A stretch of DNA of 64,000 bases from Thermodesulfobacteriota bacterium (GCA_034189385.1 JAXHVD010000004.1:32001-96000), one strand, 5' to 3'; positions 19,158-30,160 are shown, counted from the first letter of the stretch. The notes: generated by a model from the sequence alone, not told the origin. Made by a program: numbers and translations.

Positions 19158-21740
19158 ATGACTGAGAAACCGAGCTATGAGGAATTGGAGCGTAAGATTA
19201 AGGAATTATTGACGGAAGTGCTTGAGAACAGGCAGGCAACGGCGGCCTTGGAAGCAGCAAAAAAACAATACACCGCGCTTGTCGAAAACTCTCCTGACAT
19301 CATATACATCCTGGATCCTCAGGGCCATTTCACCTTTGTCGGAGGGGCTGTTGAACGTCTTCTTGGATTCACACCAGAGGAGTTGCGGGGGGAGCACTTT
19401 ACATCCATTGTCTGGACAGAGGATGGCGAAAAGGCAGATTGGCATTTCAATGAGCGAAGGACCGGAGAGCGCGCTACTAATGGGGTTGAGGTACGCCTTG
19501 CCACAAGGGGGGGGCAAAGAAAGTATTTTGAAATCAAATGTCTGCCCTTTCAGCTTTATGCCATTGGGGTTTACGACAAGCCTGCTTCAGCAAAAGACAA
19601 GACATTTCTTGGCACCTATGGAGTGGCCAGAGATGCCACCGATCGCAAGCGTGCCGAGGAGGAACTCCTGGAGAGTACGCGCCAACTCCAAGTGGCTTAT
19701 GAACAATCTATGATGTATGCCCAAGAACTCAAGGAAGAAATCGCTGAACGCAAGCGCGTTGAGGCGGCCCTGCGTGAATCTGAGGCGAAATACAGCGGGC
19801 TTGTAGAAAACTCACTGACAGGCATCTACATCGACCAGGATGGGAAGATAGTCTTTGCCAACAGGCGATTTGCCCAGATTTATGGCTATTCAAAAGAGAG
19901 TCTCATAGGGCTAGAATCTTGGCGGTTGGTGCATCCTGATGACAGGGGCCTGACCGACGAGATAAGAACGAAACGACTTAAAGGGAAAGATGTTCCGTCC
20001 GAATACGTGGCCCGGGCTTTGACCAAAAGCGGCAAGACCAGATGGGTTGCTAGAAGAAACAGTCGAATAGAATATGGGGGAAGGCCTGCCATATTGGGTA
20101 ACATCGCCGACGTCACGGAACAGAAGAAGGCAGAGGAGCAGTTGCGGGACAGCCAAGAGCGATATTATACGGTCCTGGAGGCCTCTCCAGATCCCGTGGT
20201 TGTCTACGACATGCAAGGGAACAGTATCTACATCAACCCCGCATTTACGAGGGTCTTCGGGTGGACACCGGGGGAGCTTTTGGGCATGAAAATTGGCTAT
20301 GTTCCCGATGAAAACTGGCCAGAAACCCAAATCATGATTGACAAGGTGCAAAAGGGAGAAAAATTCTCCGGCATTGAAAGCCGCCGATATGTGAAAGGAG
20401 GGGAGATTCTTGACGTAAGCATCAGCGCGGCCAGTTATTTGAATCGTGACGGGATTCCGGAGGGAAGTGTCCACATTTTACGGGACATTACCTACCGCAA
20501 GCGAGCAGAGGAGGCCCTGCAAAAGGCGTACGATGAACTGGAGGCGCGGGTTCAGGAGCGCACGGCAGAATTGATCAAAGCAAACGAACAACTGAAACGG
20601 GAAGTAGAAGACCGGAAACGGGCAGAGAAAAAAGTGAAGGCGAGTGAAGAGAGATATCGCCTCGTGTTTGGCTACGATCCAAATCCCCTTTTCTTAGTGG
20701 ATCTGGATTCCGGGAAAATCCTGGATGTGAATGAACCGGCCACGGTGGCCTATCAATACAAGCGCCAAGAAATGCTGGAGATGTCTTTTTTGGATCTGTT
20801 CGATGTAGACGAAGCAGACAGGGTGTGGAACGAACTGGAAGATACTCATAAGGATGTTTATGTCTTCATGCCTAGGCTATGGGCCCAGAAAAAGGATGGC
20901 CGCCATTTCTTTATTCATCTGCACGCCCGTGCTGGCAGATTTGAGGAACTGGAACGGGCAGGTCTTGCCAACTTTTTGATTATCAGGACTGTGGACATCA
21001 CCCGACGCCTTGAACAAGAGGCCCAACTCACACAGGCTAGCAAGATGGCTACCCTCGGTGAGATGGCAACTGGCATTGCCCATGAGCTGAATCAGCCCTT
21101 GAATGTGATGCGGGTGGGGGCAGATTTTTTTACTAAGATGATAAACCGGGGCGAAAAGATCTCGAAGGAAGACCTGTTGAAGGTGAGCCGCAACATGAAT
21201 GCGCAGGTAGACCGTGCTACCAAAATCATCAACCACCTCCGAGATTTCGGCAGAAAGAGCGACTTCCAGGTCACCCCAGTGGACCTGAATGAGCCGATTC
21301 GAGATGTGTTCACCCTGATGGGCCAGCAGCTCAAATTGCAGAATATAAAACTGAACCTTAGGCTGGCCCAAAGGCTGCCCAAGATCCTTTCCGACAAGAA
21401 CCGGTTGGAGCAAGTCTTTCTGAACCTGGTCACAAATGCCAGGGATGCCATGGAACCAAAAGGGCCAGAATGGACTAAAGAGCTGACCATTACGACCCAC
21501 CAGGAAGGAGACAGGGTTGTGGCCAGAGTTTCCGATACGGGCACAGGTATGCCCAAGGAGATCCTTCGAAAAATCTTCGAGCCCTTCTTTACCACTAAAG
21601 AGGTTGGAAGGGGAACGGGTTTAGGGTTGTCCATTACCTATAGTCTGGTGAAAGACTTAAAAGGGGATATCGATGTAGAATCGATCCCTGATGTTGGAAC
21701 CACATTCACCGCGAGCTTTCCGGAATATCAAGAAAAATAA
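19158..21740 (+). CDS. cytoplasmic multi-PAS (4 PAS) histidine kinase
   Basis: KPSYEELE coiled coil, four PAS units, [16 protein letters not shown]-terminal half collinear with 13451..16093. Confidence 0.92.
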   Translation: MTEKPSYEELERKIKELLTEVLENRQATAALEAAKKQYTALVENSPDIIYILDPQGHFTFVGGAVERLLGFTPEELRGEHFTSIVWTEDGEKADWHFNERRTGERATNGVEVRLATRGGQRKYFEIKCLPFQLYAIGVYDKPASAKDKTFLGTYGVARDATDRKRAEEELLESTRQLQVAYEQSMMYAQELKEEIAERKRVEAALRESEAKYSGLVENSLTGIYIDQDGKIVFANRRFAQIYGYSKESLIGLESWRLVHPDDRGLTDEIRTKRLKGKDVPSEYVARALTKSGKTRWVARRNSRIEYGGRPAILGNIADVTEQKKAEEQLRDSQERYYTVLEASPDPVVVYDMQGNSIYINPAFTRVFGWTPGELLGMKIGYVPDENWPETQIMIDKVQKGEKFSGIESRRYVKGGEILDVSISAASYLNRDGIPEGSVHILRDITYRKRAEEALQKAYDELEARVQERTAELIKANEQLKREVEDRKRAEKKVKASEERYRLVFGYDPNPLFLVDLDSGKILDVNEPATVAYQYKRQEMLEMSFLDLFDVDEADRVWNELEDTHKDVYVFMPRLWAQKKDGRHFFIHLHARAGRFEELERAGLANFLIIRTVDITRRLEQEAQLTQASKMATLGEMATGIAHELNQPLNVMRVGADFFTKMINRGEKISKEDLLKVSRNMNAQVDRATKIINHLRDFGRKSDFQVTPVDLNEPIRDVFTLMGQQLKLQNIKLNLRLAQRLPKILSDKNRLEQVFLNLVTNARDAMEPKGPEWTKELTITTHQEGDRVVARVSDTGTGMPKEILRKIFEPFFTTKEVGRGTGLGLSITYSLVKDLKGDIDVESIPDVGTTFTASFPEYQEK

Positions 21741-21747
21741 GATCACC

Positions 21748-21807
21748 ATGGAAAGGTTCTTGTCCATTGATGACAAACCGGTTCTTTGCACGTTCCTGGT
21801 GCCCTGA
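21748..21807 (+). pseudogene. vestigial receiver-domain N-terminus
   Basis: MERFLSIDDKPVL...* sits at the position equivalent to [13 protein letters not shown] after the paralogous kinase. Confidence 0.5.
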
Positions 21808-21883
21808 GGATGTCTTGCTCCAAGCTTAGGGGCTAGGTTTCATGTTGCAATGCAGGTACGAATGTGACCATGTTAGGAATGCG

Positions 21884-23746
21884 ATGAAAAGAGCAGCCCC
21901 CCTACTTCGGAAGCGCGTTGCCTTGGTTTCCACGCCTTGGCCCCTTTACAGCCGGCCGTCCATTCAGTTGGGCACGCTGAAGGCCTATCTAAAGACCCAG
22001 TTCCCCGAATTAGAGGTCCATGCCCTTCACTTCTACCTTAAGATAGCAGAAGGGATCGGATTTAGAACCTATCAAGCCATTTCAGAAAGGACTTGGCTGG
22101 CAGAGTGCGTCTTCGGTGCCCTTCTATTTCCTGAACGAAGCAAGGACATCGAAAAGCTGTTTTACCGCGAGGCAAGGGGGAAACCTCATCTTCGTAAAAT
22201 AGACTTTCAGGGTCTCGTCTCCCAGGTCAAGGCCATATCAGAGAGGCTCATGGATGGTGTAGAATGGCAGCATTTCGGGCTTGTCGGTGTATCCATCTGT
22301 CTTTGTCAACTTACCTCATCTCTTTACTATATCAAAAGTATCAAACAACGCATCCCCAGTCTTCCCGTTGTCGTGGGGGGCTCCATGTTTTCAGGGAAAG
22401 CCACTGCTGGATTGTTGCAAGCCTTTCCCGAAGTGGACTTCGTGGTCAATGGGGAAGGGGAGCATCCGCTGAGCCTGTTGATTCGACAGATGAGAAACGG
22501 AGATGTAACTGGCGAGTTTTCCTCCATCCCTGGAGTGGTCACAAGGCGATCAGACACGACCAAATCGCCACCAGCCTTCTGCCAAATGGCAGATTTGGGC
22601 GCTTTGCCTGCTCCCGACTATGATGACTATTTTGGCCTCCTCAGAACCTTAGACCCGAAGAGAAGATTCTTCCCCACCCTGCCTGCAGAGATATCGAGAG
22701 GATGCTGGTGGCGGTCCACCAAAGGCTCTTCACAACAGGCTGGATGCGCCTTCTGCAACCTGAACCTTCAGTGGGATGGATACAGATCAAAGGCCGTTTC
22801 GCAAGTGGTTTCAGAGGTGGACCATCTCACCTCCAAGTACAAGACCCTTTCCATTTCCTTCACAGACAACCTCGTACCACTGCGCCACTCTAAAGAGATA
22901 TTCCTTCAACTCCGTGGACTGGAAAAGGGTCTCCGCCTCTTTGCAGAAATCAGGGCCACGACGCCGGTCAAGTTGCTCAAGGCCATGGGGGCCGCAGGCA
23001 TGCACAAGGTCCAAATCGGCATTGAGGCCTTGAGTACGAGCCTCCTGAAAAAACTGAACAAGGGCACCACCGCCATCCAGAATCTGGAAATCATGAAACA
23101 CTGTGAAGAGCTGGGGATCGCAAACATCTCAAATCTCATCCTCCACTTTCCCGGCAGCGATTGGCAAGATGTCAACGAAACCCTCCGTACCCTCGAATTC
23201 GCCCAGCCCTTTCGCCCTTTAAGATTTGTCCATTTCTGGCTTGGCCTGGAAAGCCCGGTGTGGCAAGACCCTCGTGCCTTTGGGTTGAAGGCGATCTCGA
23301 ATCATCCCAATTATGCCGTGCTGTTTCCACCAGATATTTGCCAGTCCATACAGTTTATGATCCAGTCATACAGGGGTGATCGTGGATTCCAAAAGAAGCT
23401 GTGGCAGCCGGTGAAAAAAAGGGTAAGGACCTGGAACAGGATCTACAGGGAACTACATTGCGGGCCTTCACGGTCGCCTATCCTAAGCTATGGCGACGGA
23501 AGAGACTTCTTGATCATCCGGGAAAGGCGTCTCAAGGCAGAGCCCTTGACACACCGACTCGAAGGAACATCAAGGTCCATATACCTTTTTTGCCAAAAAC
23601 ACCGCTCTCTCAAACGCATTGTGTCCCAGTTCCCAAAAGTTGGAGAAGATAGGATCGTTCCCTTTCTGAGGATGATGGAGGAAAAGAGACTGATGTTTGC
23701 GGAAAAGGGCAGATACCTCAGTCTGGCCGTGCCGGCGCGCTCCTAG
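21884..23746 (+). CDS. B12-binding radical SAM protein, RiPP-maturation-associated family
   Basis: VALVSTPW...RPSIQLGTLKA N-terminus, VVVGG..GEGE cobalamin-binding-type domain, SRGCWW...CAFCNLN, QIGIEALS. Confidence 0.8.
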   Translation: MKRAAPLLRKRVALVSTPWPLYSRPSIQLGTLKAYLKTQFPELEVHALHFYLKIAEGIGFRTYQAISERTWLAECVFGALLFPERSKDIEKLFYREARGKPHLRKIDFQGLVSQVKAISERLMDGVEWQHFGLVGVSICLCQLTSSLYYIKSIKQRIPSLPVVVGGSMFSGKATAGLLQAFPEVDFVVNGEGEHPLSLLIRQMRNGDVTGEFSSIPGVVTRRSDTTKSPPAFCQMADLGALPAPDYDDYFGLLRTLDPKRRFFPTLPAEISRGCWWRSTKGSSQQAGCAFCNLNLQWDGYRSKAVSQVVSEVDHLTSKYKTLSISFTDNLVPLRHSKEIFLQLRGLEKGLRLFAEIRATTPVKLLKAMGAAGMHKVQIGIEALSTSLLKKLNKGTTAIQNLEIMKHCEELGIANISNLILHFPGSDWQDVNETLRTLEFAQPFRPLRFVHFWLGLESPVWQDPRAFGLKAISNHPNYAVLFPPDICQSIQFMIQSYRGDRGFQKKLWQPVKKRVRTWNRIYRELHCGPSRSPILSYGDGRDFLIIRERRLKAEPLTHRLEGTSRSIYLFCQKHRSLKRIVSQFPKVGEDRIVPFLRMMEEKRLMFAEKGRYLSLAVPARS

Positions 23747-23812
23747 ACGGTCTGATTGCCCTTAAACCGTCCGTGTTTTCAGTGCGGCCCGAACTATCCG
23801 TCAGGAGAACTG

Positions 23813-24160
23813 ATGAGTAAACACATGCAGCTTACGGTAAGAGTCCGCCCTTACTATAAGAAGGGCTTTAGGGAGGTTTACCCCCTAATTGCTAAGCGCC
23901 TCAGCTATCTGGATCCAACATGGGTGGAGGAAGGCCCTTCCCTTTTTGAGATTGTCGGAAGACTGGACAAACTCCTCTATGCATTGGAAGGAGACCCTCC
24001 CTTTAGAGAAATTCTTCTTGATCACAGGGCAAAGCTTCATGAGCTTTACGAGCACACGGAAGAGCAGATTGCAGACTGGCACCTGGCCCAGGCAGACAAG
24101 CATCTGTATACAATGGAAGACATCTTTGATGAAATAGAACGGGAGTTGGGCAAGATATAG
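23813..24160 (+). CDS. hypothetical helical protein
   Basis: AGGAG RBS, ATG 23813, plausible composition, followed by a hairpin. Confidence 0.7.
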   Translation: MSKHMQLTVRVRPYYKKGFREVYPLIAKRLSYLDPTWVEEGPSLFEIVGRLDKLLYALEGDPPFREILLDHRAKLHELYEHTEEQIADWHLAQADKHLYTMEDIFDEIERELGKI

Positions 24161-24180
24161 GGGTTGAATGTCATCGGAAA

Positions 24181-24217
24181 CCGGGGGAGAAACCTTGGGA
24201 AACGATTCCTCCCCCGG
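24181..24217. terminator. GC-rich hairpin between convergent genes
   Basis: CCGGGGGAG ... CTCCCCCGG 9-bp perfect stem. Confidence 0.55.
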
Positions 24218-24255
24218 GAAGGAGATTGGATCTTATCTGGGCACCACCATTGGCC

Positions 24256-25569
24256 CTAGTCGTCTGTCACCAGGAGACTCCTGATATCCTCGAGTTCATC
24301 TACTACCATAAATGTGTAGGCTTTTCCGTCTTCCAGGTGTTCAGGTGTAGAGAAAGGCCCTCCGATGAGGACAACGCTCGTTCCTGCCTCGTACACCTCA
24401 AAGTCGTGATCACCCTGCCAGAACTCAATATAGCTTGAAACACCTTTAAAGGGGACATCACTCACTTTTACTGTGCCATCTACTAGAAAATCCACATTGG
24501 GGGGGTCCAGGTCCGGGTCAGGTGATGCATGAATAAACCGGACCTTGGCCTTGTTTGCAGCAGGAGGAGTGGTGTCGTCTTCCAGCAACATGGCCTCAAT
24601 GGCCGCCTCGAAATTCATCAAGAGAAATGTGTAATTCTTACCACCCTCCAGAGTTATGGTTCCGTCGATCAGGGTAAGGCCGCTACTGCCTTCTTCGACC
24701 TTGATATTTCGGGTGCCTGACTTGACCACCTCGTAATCAGAGGCGCTTCTAAACTGCACCGTTGAGATGACCTCTGTGTCGTCCAACAGAACATCCACAA
24801 AAGACGCGTCCGGGGAGGCGTGGATCAGCCGAAGCGTACATCGTGCATCGGGGACCTCAACAACTGGTTCGTCTGAATCATCGGTGAGCGCTACCAGCGT
24901 AAGGGGTGAACCACCGCTGGCAGCGTCAAGAATGGCAACTGTGGAGATAGAACCTTCTTCCAGCGTAACCGTTCCGGAATCATATATGGGCTCCATTTCC
25001 CCAGACAGGGTAATCCGAATTTGATATTCTCCCTCTTCCAGTTCGAGAAAAGAGGAGAACTCCTGAAATTCAAAGTCCTGTAAAGTGGGCACGGCAAATT
25101 CCATGGGCACGTCTGGTTCAGTGATGTAAACATCTATCGCCGGCTGGCTGGGCGAGGCGTCCACAATGCGGAGCCTGCCGTATCCATCATTTGGCTCTGT
25201 GTCGTCGTCTTCTAGGAGCAGTAGCTCCATATTGGCTGCAACCCCCAGCACAATCAAAGAATAGGGCGTCCGCTTTTCAACAAAGAAGGATTCGTCCACA
25301 AGGGTCTGAGAGGTGCCACTGACATTAACCTCAACATCCACCTCGTCTGGCGGCAAATTCTCATACCCGGAACCCTCTTGATAAGCAAGATTGGCCCATT
25401 CCACGTCGTCATTAACCACTATGTCCAGATCAGGCCCGTCTGGTGATGCATGCAGTATTCGAACCTGCGCCGTCTTGTACAGCGCCCCCTTGTGACTGCT
25501 GTCACTACACCCAGTTATGTAACCCAACATGGGCAAAAGGAGCAGAAGGGCTAAAAGCGACTTTCTCAT
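24256..25569 (-). CDS. DUF4397-repeat lipoprotein
   Basis: Signal peptide with lipobox ITGC; repeated VR(I/F/L)xHASPD / RIVDASP units; very acidic. Confidence 0.85.
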   Translation of the reverse strand: MRKSLLALLLLLPMLGYITGCSDSSHKGALYKTAQVRILHASPDGPDLDIVVNDDVEWANLAYQEGSGYENLPPDEVDVEVNVSGTSQTLVDESFFVEKRTPYSLIVLGVAANMELLLLEDDDTEPNDGYGRLRIVDASPSQPAIDVYITEPDVPMEFAVPTLQDFEFQEFSSFLELEEGEYQIRITLSGEMEPIYDSGTVTLEEGSISTVAILDAASGGSPLTLVALTDDSDEPVVEVPDARCTLRLIHASPDASFVDVLLDDTEVISTVQFRSASDYEVVKSGTRNIKVEEGSSGLTLIDGTITLEGGKNYTFLLMNFEAAIEAMLLEDDTTPPAANKAKVRFIHASPDPDLDPPNVDFLVDGTVKVSDVPFKGVSSYIEFWQGDHDFEVYEAGTSVVLIGGPFSTPEHLEDGKAYTFMVVDELEDIRSLLVTDD

Positions 25570-25741
25570 CTCCGTAGCCTCCTTTCCCAAAAGGGAAGCA
25601 AGTATTCAACACACGTGACCCCGTAAAATCACCTTCAAATAGACCCATTTAATATACGATATTTTTATTTAATTAGCAATACTTTTATTAAATTTTAGGT
25701 GTTCGTCGAAAAAATAAACCCCAGATCTATTGATTTGCCCT

Positions 25742-27178
25742 CTATTCAACCCTCTTTTTCACCGTATATTTTATGGTAATTCTATCGTCTGAATCAGGGG
25801 AAATCTGTAAGGATGCAGGGTTGAGTGCCAGGCCCACGGTCATGGCCCCTGTTTCATGTATATTGTCTAAGGGGACTTTTTCGGTATAAATAGTTGAGAT
25901 TCCATCAACTATTTGAGCCCCTCCCACGACACGTATCCTTTTAGGAGAGACTTTTGCCTCCGCAAGGATCAAATCCTTGCGCAACTTCCCAACCCAATCA
26001 ACCTGCACGGGCAATTCTTTCTTCATGGGAACGTCCAAGGTGACTTCGACTGTTGGTGGTTCGACGGTCTTTAAGACCACCCCCGGGGGAAGACTGATGT
26101 TCTCGTGGGTGATGTTGAAGGTATTAGGCCCCACAACCCCCTTGCTCAAGTCCAACCTCACCTTGACCTGTTCCGGTCGAATGGATTTGACAAGAGCCCC
26201 TGACCCGCTGAGATCAAGACGGACAGCATTGACAGAGGTGTCCAGGATCTCCATTCCGGCCATCACATCCGTATATTCGACGGGAATCTCAAGCGTGGTG
26301 AGAGTGTACATCCCTCTCGTAAAACTGAACCAAACGCCTGCAATAAACAAAAAAGAAGCCAAGGCCGCTATGCCGAGCCGAAGAATCTGTTTCTTCGGAT
26401 ACCCTTCCTCCACCAGCGGAAGGCCCATATGATGCCGCAATATCCGGGCAAGTTCTTCCTTTCGCCCCACGACATCAAACTCAGCTCCCTTGGCCACTGC
26501 CACATCGCCCCTTTCCTCTGAAACAATAATGACCAAGGCATCGGTGGCCTCAGCCAATCCGGCTGCCGCCCTGTGACGGGTCCCATAATAGGAAGGCAAA
26601 TCCTCTCTCCGTGACAGGGGAAGGATGGCACCCACCTCTATGATTCTGTCTCCTTGGATGATGGCAGCACCGTCGTGGACAGGGTTATCGTGCCAGAATA
26701 TGCTCAGAATCATTTCTTTGGACACCAAACCACGCCACGGTATACCGCTATGGACTACTTCCTCCAAATCGTCTTTGCCCGGAAAGACAATGAGGGCGCC
26801 AATCTTCTTTCGGGCAAGTTCATAGGCACTCTCTATGATTCTTTCTACAGGCGTGCTCATAGAGACATAGCGGAATCCCCAAAGTATGCTTTTCAGATTC
26901 TTTGCCTGAAGCACAGAGCGGATCTCGTTTCTAAAGACAACGATGATGATAAAGGCAGCGACTGCAGTAATGCCCTGAATCCCCCAGCTGGTGACAATCA
27001 ACCCCAATGAAACAGCTATGCGTTGGGAAAACCAGAGCAAGGCGATCCCGATGAGCACCCTGAACACATGGGTTCCTCTGAAGAGGAAATAAAGACGAAA
27101 GAGAATATAGCTACTCAGGGTAACGTCGACGAGGTCTTGCCACCGAACACTCGAAAGAAAGATCAGAAGTTCACTCAT
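25742..27178 (-). CDS. dacA: diadenylate cyclase (CdaA/DacA type) fused to YbbR/CdaR domains
   Basis: 3 N-terminal TM helices, HDGA and GTRHRAA catalytic motifs, VSEERG, then a TM helix and YbbR-like beta repeats. Confidence 0.88.
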   Translation of the reverse strand: MSELLIFLSSVRWQDLVDVTLSSYILFRLYFLFRGTHVFRVLIGIALLWFSQRIAVSLGLIVTSWGIQGITAVAAFIIIVVFRNEIRSVLQAKNLKSILWGFRYVSMSTPVERIIESAYELARKKIGALIVFPGKDDLEEVVHSGIPWRGLVSKEMILSIFWHDNPVHDGAAIIQGDRIIEVGAILPLSRREDLPSYYGTRHRAAAGLAEATDALVIIVSEERGDVAVAKGAEFDVVGRKEELARILRHHMGLPLVEEGYPKKQILRLGIAALASFLFIAGVWFSFTRGMYTLTTLEIPVEYTDVMAGMEILDTSVNAVRLDLSGSGALVKSIRPEQVKVRLDLSKGVVGPNTFNITHENISLPPGVVLKTVEPPTVEVTLDVPMKKELPVQVDWVGKLRKDLILAEAKVSPKRIRVVGGAQIVDGISTIYTEKVPLDNIHETGAMTVGLALNPASLQISPDSDDRITIKYTVKKRVE

Positions 27179-27184
27179 AGAAAA

Positions 27185-27622
27185 TCAATCCGTAATGCTA
27201 AACCTTAAGACATGAAGAAGGTTGCCTCCCTGGTCCGTGACCTCGACTCGCCACGGCCCCTTGTCCGCTTCACGTAGCTGTATACTGCTGAAGGTTGACC
27301 AACGAGGCGGTTGAAGGAACAGCTTTATCTTTGTACTGAGCCTATCCCGGTGAAACCAGTTCTGGTAGATAAACATCTTTTCAGGCACAGGATCAAAAGA
27401 CGTGAAGCACGAGACCTTGCCGATGGTCCTGGAAAAAACAACCGCCTCATTGTAGGGATTGTAGTCCTTTATCCCTTCACACATGGCCGCCTGAACCAAG
27501 GTCAATTTCTCATCAGCTACGGCAGGTGAAGGTCCTTCGTTCTTTTCTGCCAGTGCCTGGGAATACAGAAAAACACCGAGACACAACACCGCGAAGAGGT
27601 ATGCAAACGGTTTCCGCTTCAT
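27185..27622 (-). CDS. DUF2914-like secreted protein
   Basis: Signal peptide; CFT...W.H...PRWSTFS...GPWRVEV. Confidence 0.75.
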   Translation of the reverse strand: MKRKPFAYLFAVLCLGVFLYSQALAEKNEGPSPAVADEKLTLVQAAMCEGIKDYNPYNEAVVFSRTIGKVSCFTSFDPVPEKMFIYQNWFHRDRLSTKIKLFLQPPRWSTFSSIQLREADKGPWRVEVTDQGGNLLHVLRFSITD

Positions 27623-27960
27623 CGTCGTCTCCCTCACGGTCCACATCCTTTCGATTCACACACCTGCCACTAAGCCAGGCCCGATGTCGTCCTCACGACA
27701 CTGTTCTCCTTGTTGACACGATCAATGCTTCCAGTTTATCAAGATGGATCATTGACAGATCTTTAAAAAAATACCAAAGGAAGGGGTTTTTGTCAAGGAT
27801 TCTGAATGCTAACAAGCCTCCCGGACAAGAAGAGAGGATTGTATTGCCATGGCATGAAATTGCCTGGTATAAGAAGGCCAGGAACCTGATCCACAGCCTT
27901 AGATGGAATGCTATGGACATCCATAGACAATAGACGCACCATGAGAAGGGAGTCCGGAAG

Positions 27961-29664
27961 ATGGCTATCGCTGATTCTACACCCCGATTAGACTTCATTC
28001 GCAGCATCATTGCGGAGGATCTCAAAGCAGGCAAGCACCAGGGGCAAGTGGTGACCCGATTCCCACCGGAGCCTAACGGCTACCTCCATATTGGACACGC
28101 CAAATCGATTTGTCTCAATTTCGGCATTGCCGCGGAATTTGGAGGCATTTGCCATTTGCGGTTCGACGACACCAATCCGAGCAAAGAAGAAATGGAATAC
28201 ATCGAGTCCATCCAATCAGATGTCAGATGGCTTGGATTCCATTGGGGGGATCATCTCTACTATACGTCTGATTACTTCCACCAATTGTATCAATACGCCG
28301 TAGAGTTGATCAAGAAAGGAAAGGCCTATGTTTGCAGCCTGAGTCCCAAGGAGATCAGGGAGTACCGAGGCACCTTGACCGAGCCGGGCAGGGACAGTCC
28401 CTATCGCACGCGGACCGTTGAAGAGAATCTGGACCTCTTTGAGCGGATGCGGTCCGGAGAGTTCGACGAGGGCTCCCATGTGCTTCGAGCAAAGATCGAC
28501 ATGGCCTCTCCCAATCTGAATATGCGCGACCCCACCCTCTATCGGATTCGACGGGTGCCACACCACAGAACAGGAGACACCTGGTGCATCTACCCCATGT
28601 ACGACTTCAGCCACTGTCTCTCTGATTCCATCGAAGGCATTACCCATTCCATCTGCACCCTGGAATTTGAAGACAATCGTCCCCTCTACGACTGGGTCCT
28701 TGATGAACTGGAGGTCAGTTGTCATCCCCAGCAGATCGAGTTTGCCCGTCTGAATCTGAGCTATACGGTCATGAGCAAGCGCAAGCTTCTGCAGCTCGTG
28801 GACCAGGGCTACGTTACGGGATGGGACGATCCGAGAATGCCCACGCTCTCGGGTTTGCGGAGACGGGGGTACACACCAGAGTCGATCCGAGATTTCTGTG
28901 AACGCATTGGGGTGGCCAAGCGTGACAGCGTGGTAGACATGGCCTTCCTTGAACATTGCATCCGAAAAGACTTGAACAAGCGGGCCCCCCGCATGATGGC
29001 TGTGTTGCGTCCGCTGAAGGTCGTCATAGAAAACTACCCAGAAGACCGGGTAGAAGAACTGGAGGCAGTGAACAACCCGGAAGATCCCAGCATGGGAACC
29101 CGCAGGGTCCCCTTTTCACGGGTTCTCTATATCGAAGAGGACGATTTTCGTGAAGATCCGCCAAAGAAGTTCTACCGGCTGGCCCCAGGTCGGGAAGTCC
29201 GCCTGCGGTATGCCTACTATGTGAAATGTATAGGAGTCGTTAAGGACGAGCAAACGGGTCACATAAAGGAGCTACGCTGCACCTACGATCCCCAAACCCG
29301 GGGAGGCGGTTCGCCAGATGGCCGAAAGGTGAAGGCGACCCTCCATTGGGTCTCCGCTGCCCACTCCCTGGGCGCCGAGGTGCGCCTCTACGATTATCTC
29401 ATGACAAGAGAAAACCCCGGCGATGAGAAGGATGGTGCCGGCTTCATGAGTTGCCTGAATCCCCAATCTTTGGAAACGTTGACATCGTGCCGTGTGGAAC
29501 CGAATCTGGCAGGGGCGCCATTGGGAAGTAGATACCAGTTCGAGAGACTGGGTTACTTCACTGTTGATCCAGTGGACTCCTCTGATCGGGCACTGGTCTT
29601 CAATCGGATCGTGTCACTGCGTGACACGTGGGCCAAGATCCAGAAGGCCCAGAAGGACAAGTAG
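27961..29664 (+). CDS. glnS: glutamine--tRNA ligase
   Basis: [27 protein letters not shown]. Confidence 0.97.
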   Translation: MAIADSTPRLDFIRSIIAEDLKAGKHQGQVVTRFPPEPNGYLHIGHAKSICLNFGIAAEFGGICHLRFDDTNPSKEEMEYIESIQSDVRWLGFHWGDHLYYTSDYFHQLYQYAVELIKKGKAYVCSLSPKEIREYRGTLTEPGRDSPYRTRTVEENLDLFERMRSGEFDEGSHVLRAKIDMASPNLNMRDPTLYRIRRVPHHRTGDTWCIYPMYDFSHCLSDSIEGITHSICTLEFEDNRPLYDWVLDELEVSCHPQQIEFARLNLSYTVMSKRKLLQLVDQGYVTGWDDPRMPTLSGLRRRGYTPESIRDFCERIGVAKRDSVVDMAFLEHCIRKDLNKRAPRMMAVLRPLKVVIENYPEDRVEELEAVNNPEDPSMGTRRVPFSRVLYIEEDDFREDPPKKFYRLAPGREVRLRYAYYVKCIGVVKDEQTGHIKELRCTYDPQTRGGGSPDGRKVKATLHWVSAAHSLGAEVRLYDYLMTRENPGDEKDGAGFMSCLNPQSLETLTSCRVEPNLAGAPLGSRYQFERLGYFTVDPVDSSDRALVFNRIVSLRDTWAKIQKAQKDK

Positions 29665-29732
29665 GCAGGTCATGACGCAGGAAGGCCTCCCGTCCGCGGG
29701 GCATGCAGAAGCATCACCACAGAACATGGAGT

Positions 29733-30104
29733 CTAAGGGAGATAGTAGGTGGCGCAGGAGTGTTCAGACTCCCAGATGGTCACGCTACGCACTCTGATGG
29801 CAGGGTCCTCTAGCAGCCCGGTCAGTCCTTCGGCCACATGGCGTGCGATGTTCTCTGAAGAGGGGTTCTGATGTGTGAAGGGCTCCAGGTCGTTGAGAAA
29901 GGCATGGTCCAGCCTATCGGTGATCTGGGCGACATGGCCCTTTAGCTTCCCAAAATCGATGGCTATGCCGGCCTTATCCAGGGTGTCAGTCATCACGCAG
30001 ACCTCCACCTTGTAGTTGTGGCCGTGCAAATCCTCACAGGGCCCCTTGAACTCCCTTAGCTGGTGGGCAGCAGAAAAATAGGTGATGACTTTCAGTTCGT
30101 ACAT
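29733..30104 (-). CDS. queD: 6-carboxytetrahydropterin synthase
   Basis: FSAAH, CEDLHGHNY, LDHAFLN, NPSSEN. Confidence 0.93.
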   Translation of the reverse strand: MYELKVITYFSAAHQLREFKGPCEDLHGHNYKVEVCVMTDTLDKAGIAIDFGKLKGHVAQITDRLDHAFLNDLEPFTHQNPSSENIARHVAEGLTGLLEDPAIRVRSVTIWESEHSCATYYLP

Positions 30105-30160
30105 CTAGCGTGCCTCATGTGCGCAAGACAGTGCCAACCTGCCTGGAAATGACTACTCTC

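Noticed and set aside
27850..27863. Sigma-54-like TGGCATGAAATTGC upstream of glnS
   Set aside because: GG-to-GC spacing is 9, not the required 10
27526..28034. ORFs in the DUF2914-glnS intergenic region, and the many antisense ORFs over housekeeping genes
   Set aside because: Shadow ORFs with no motifs that overlap well-supported genes
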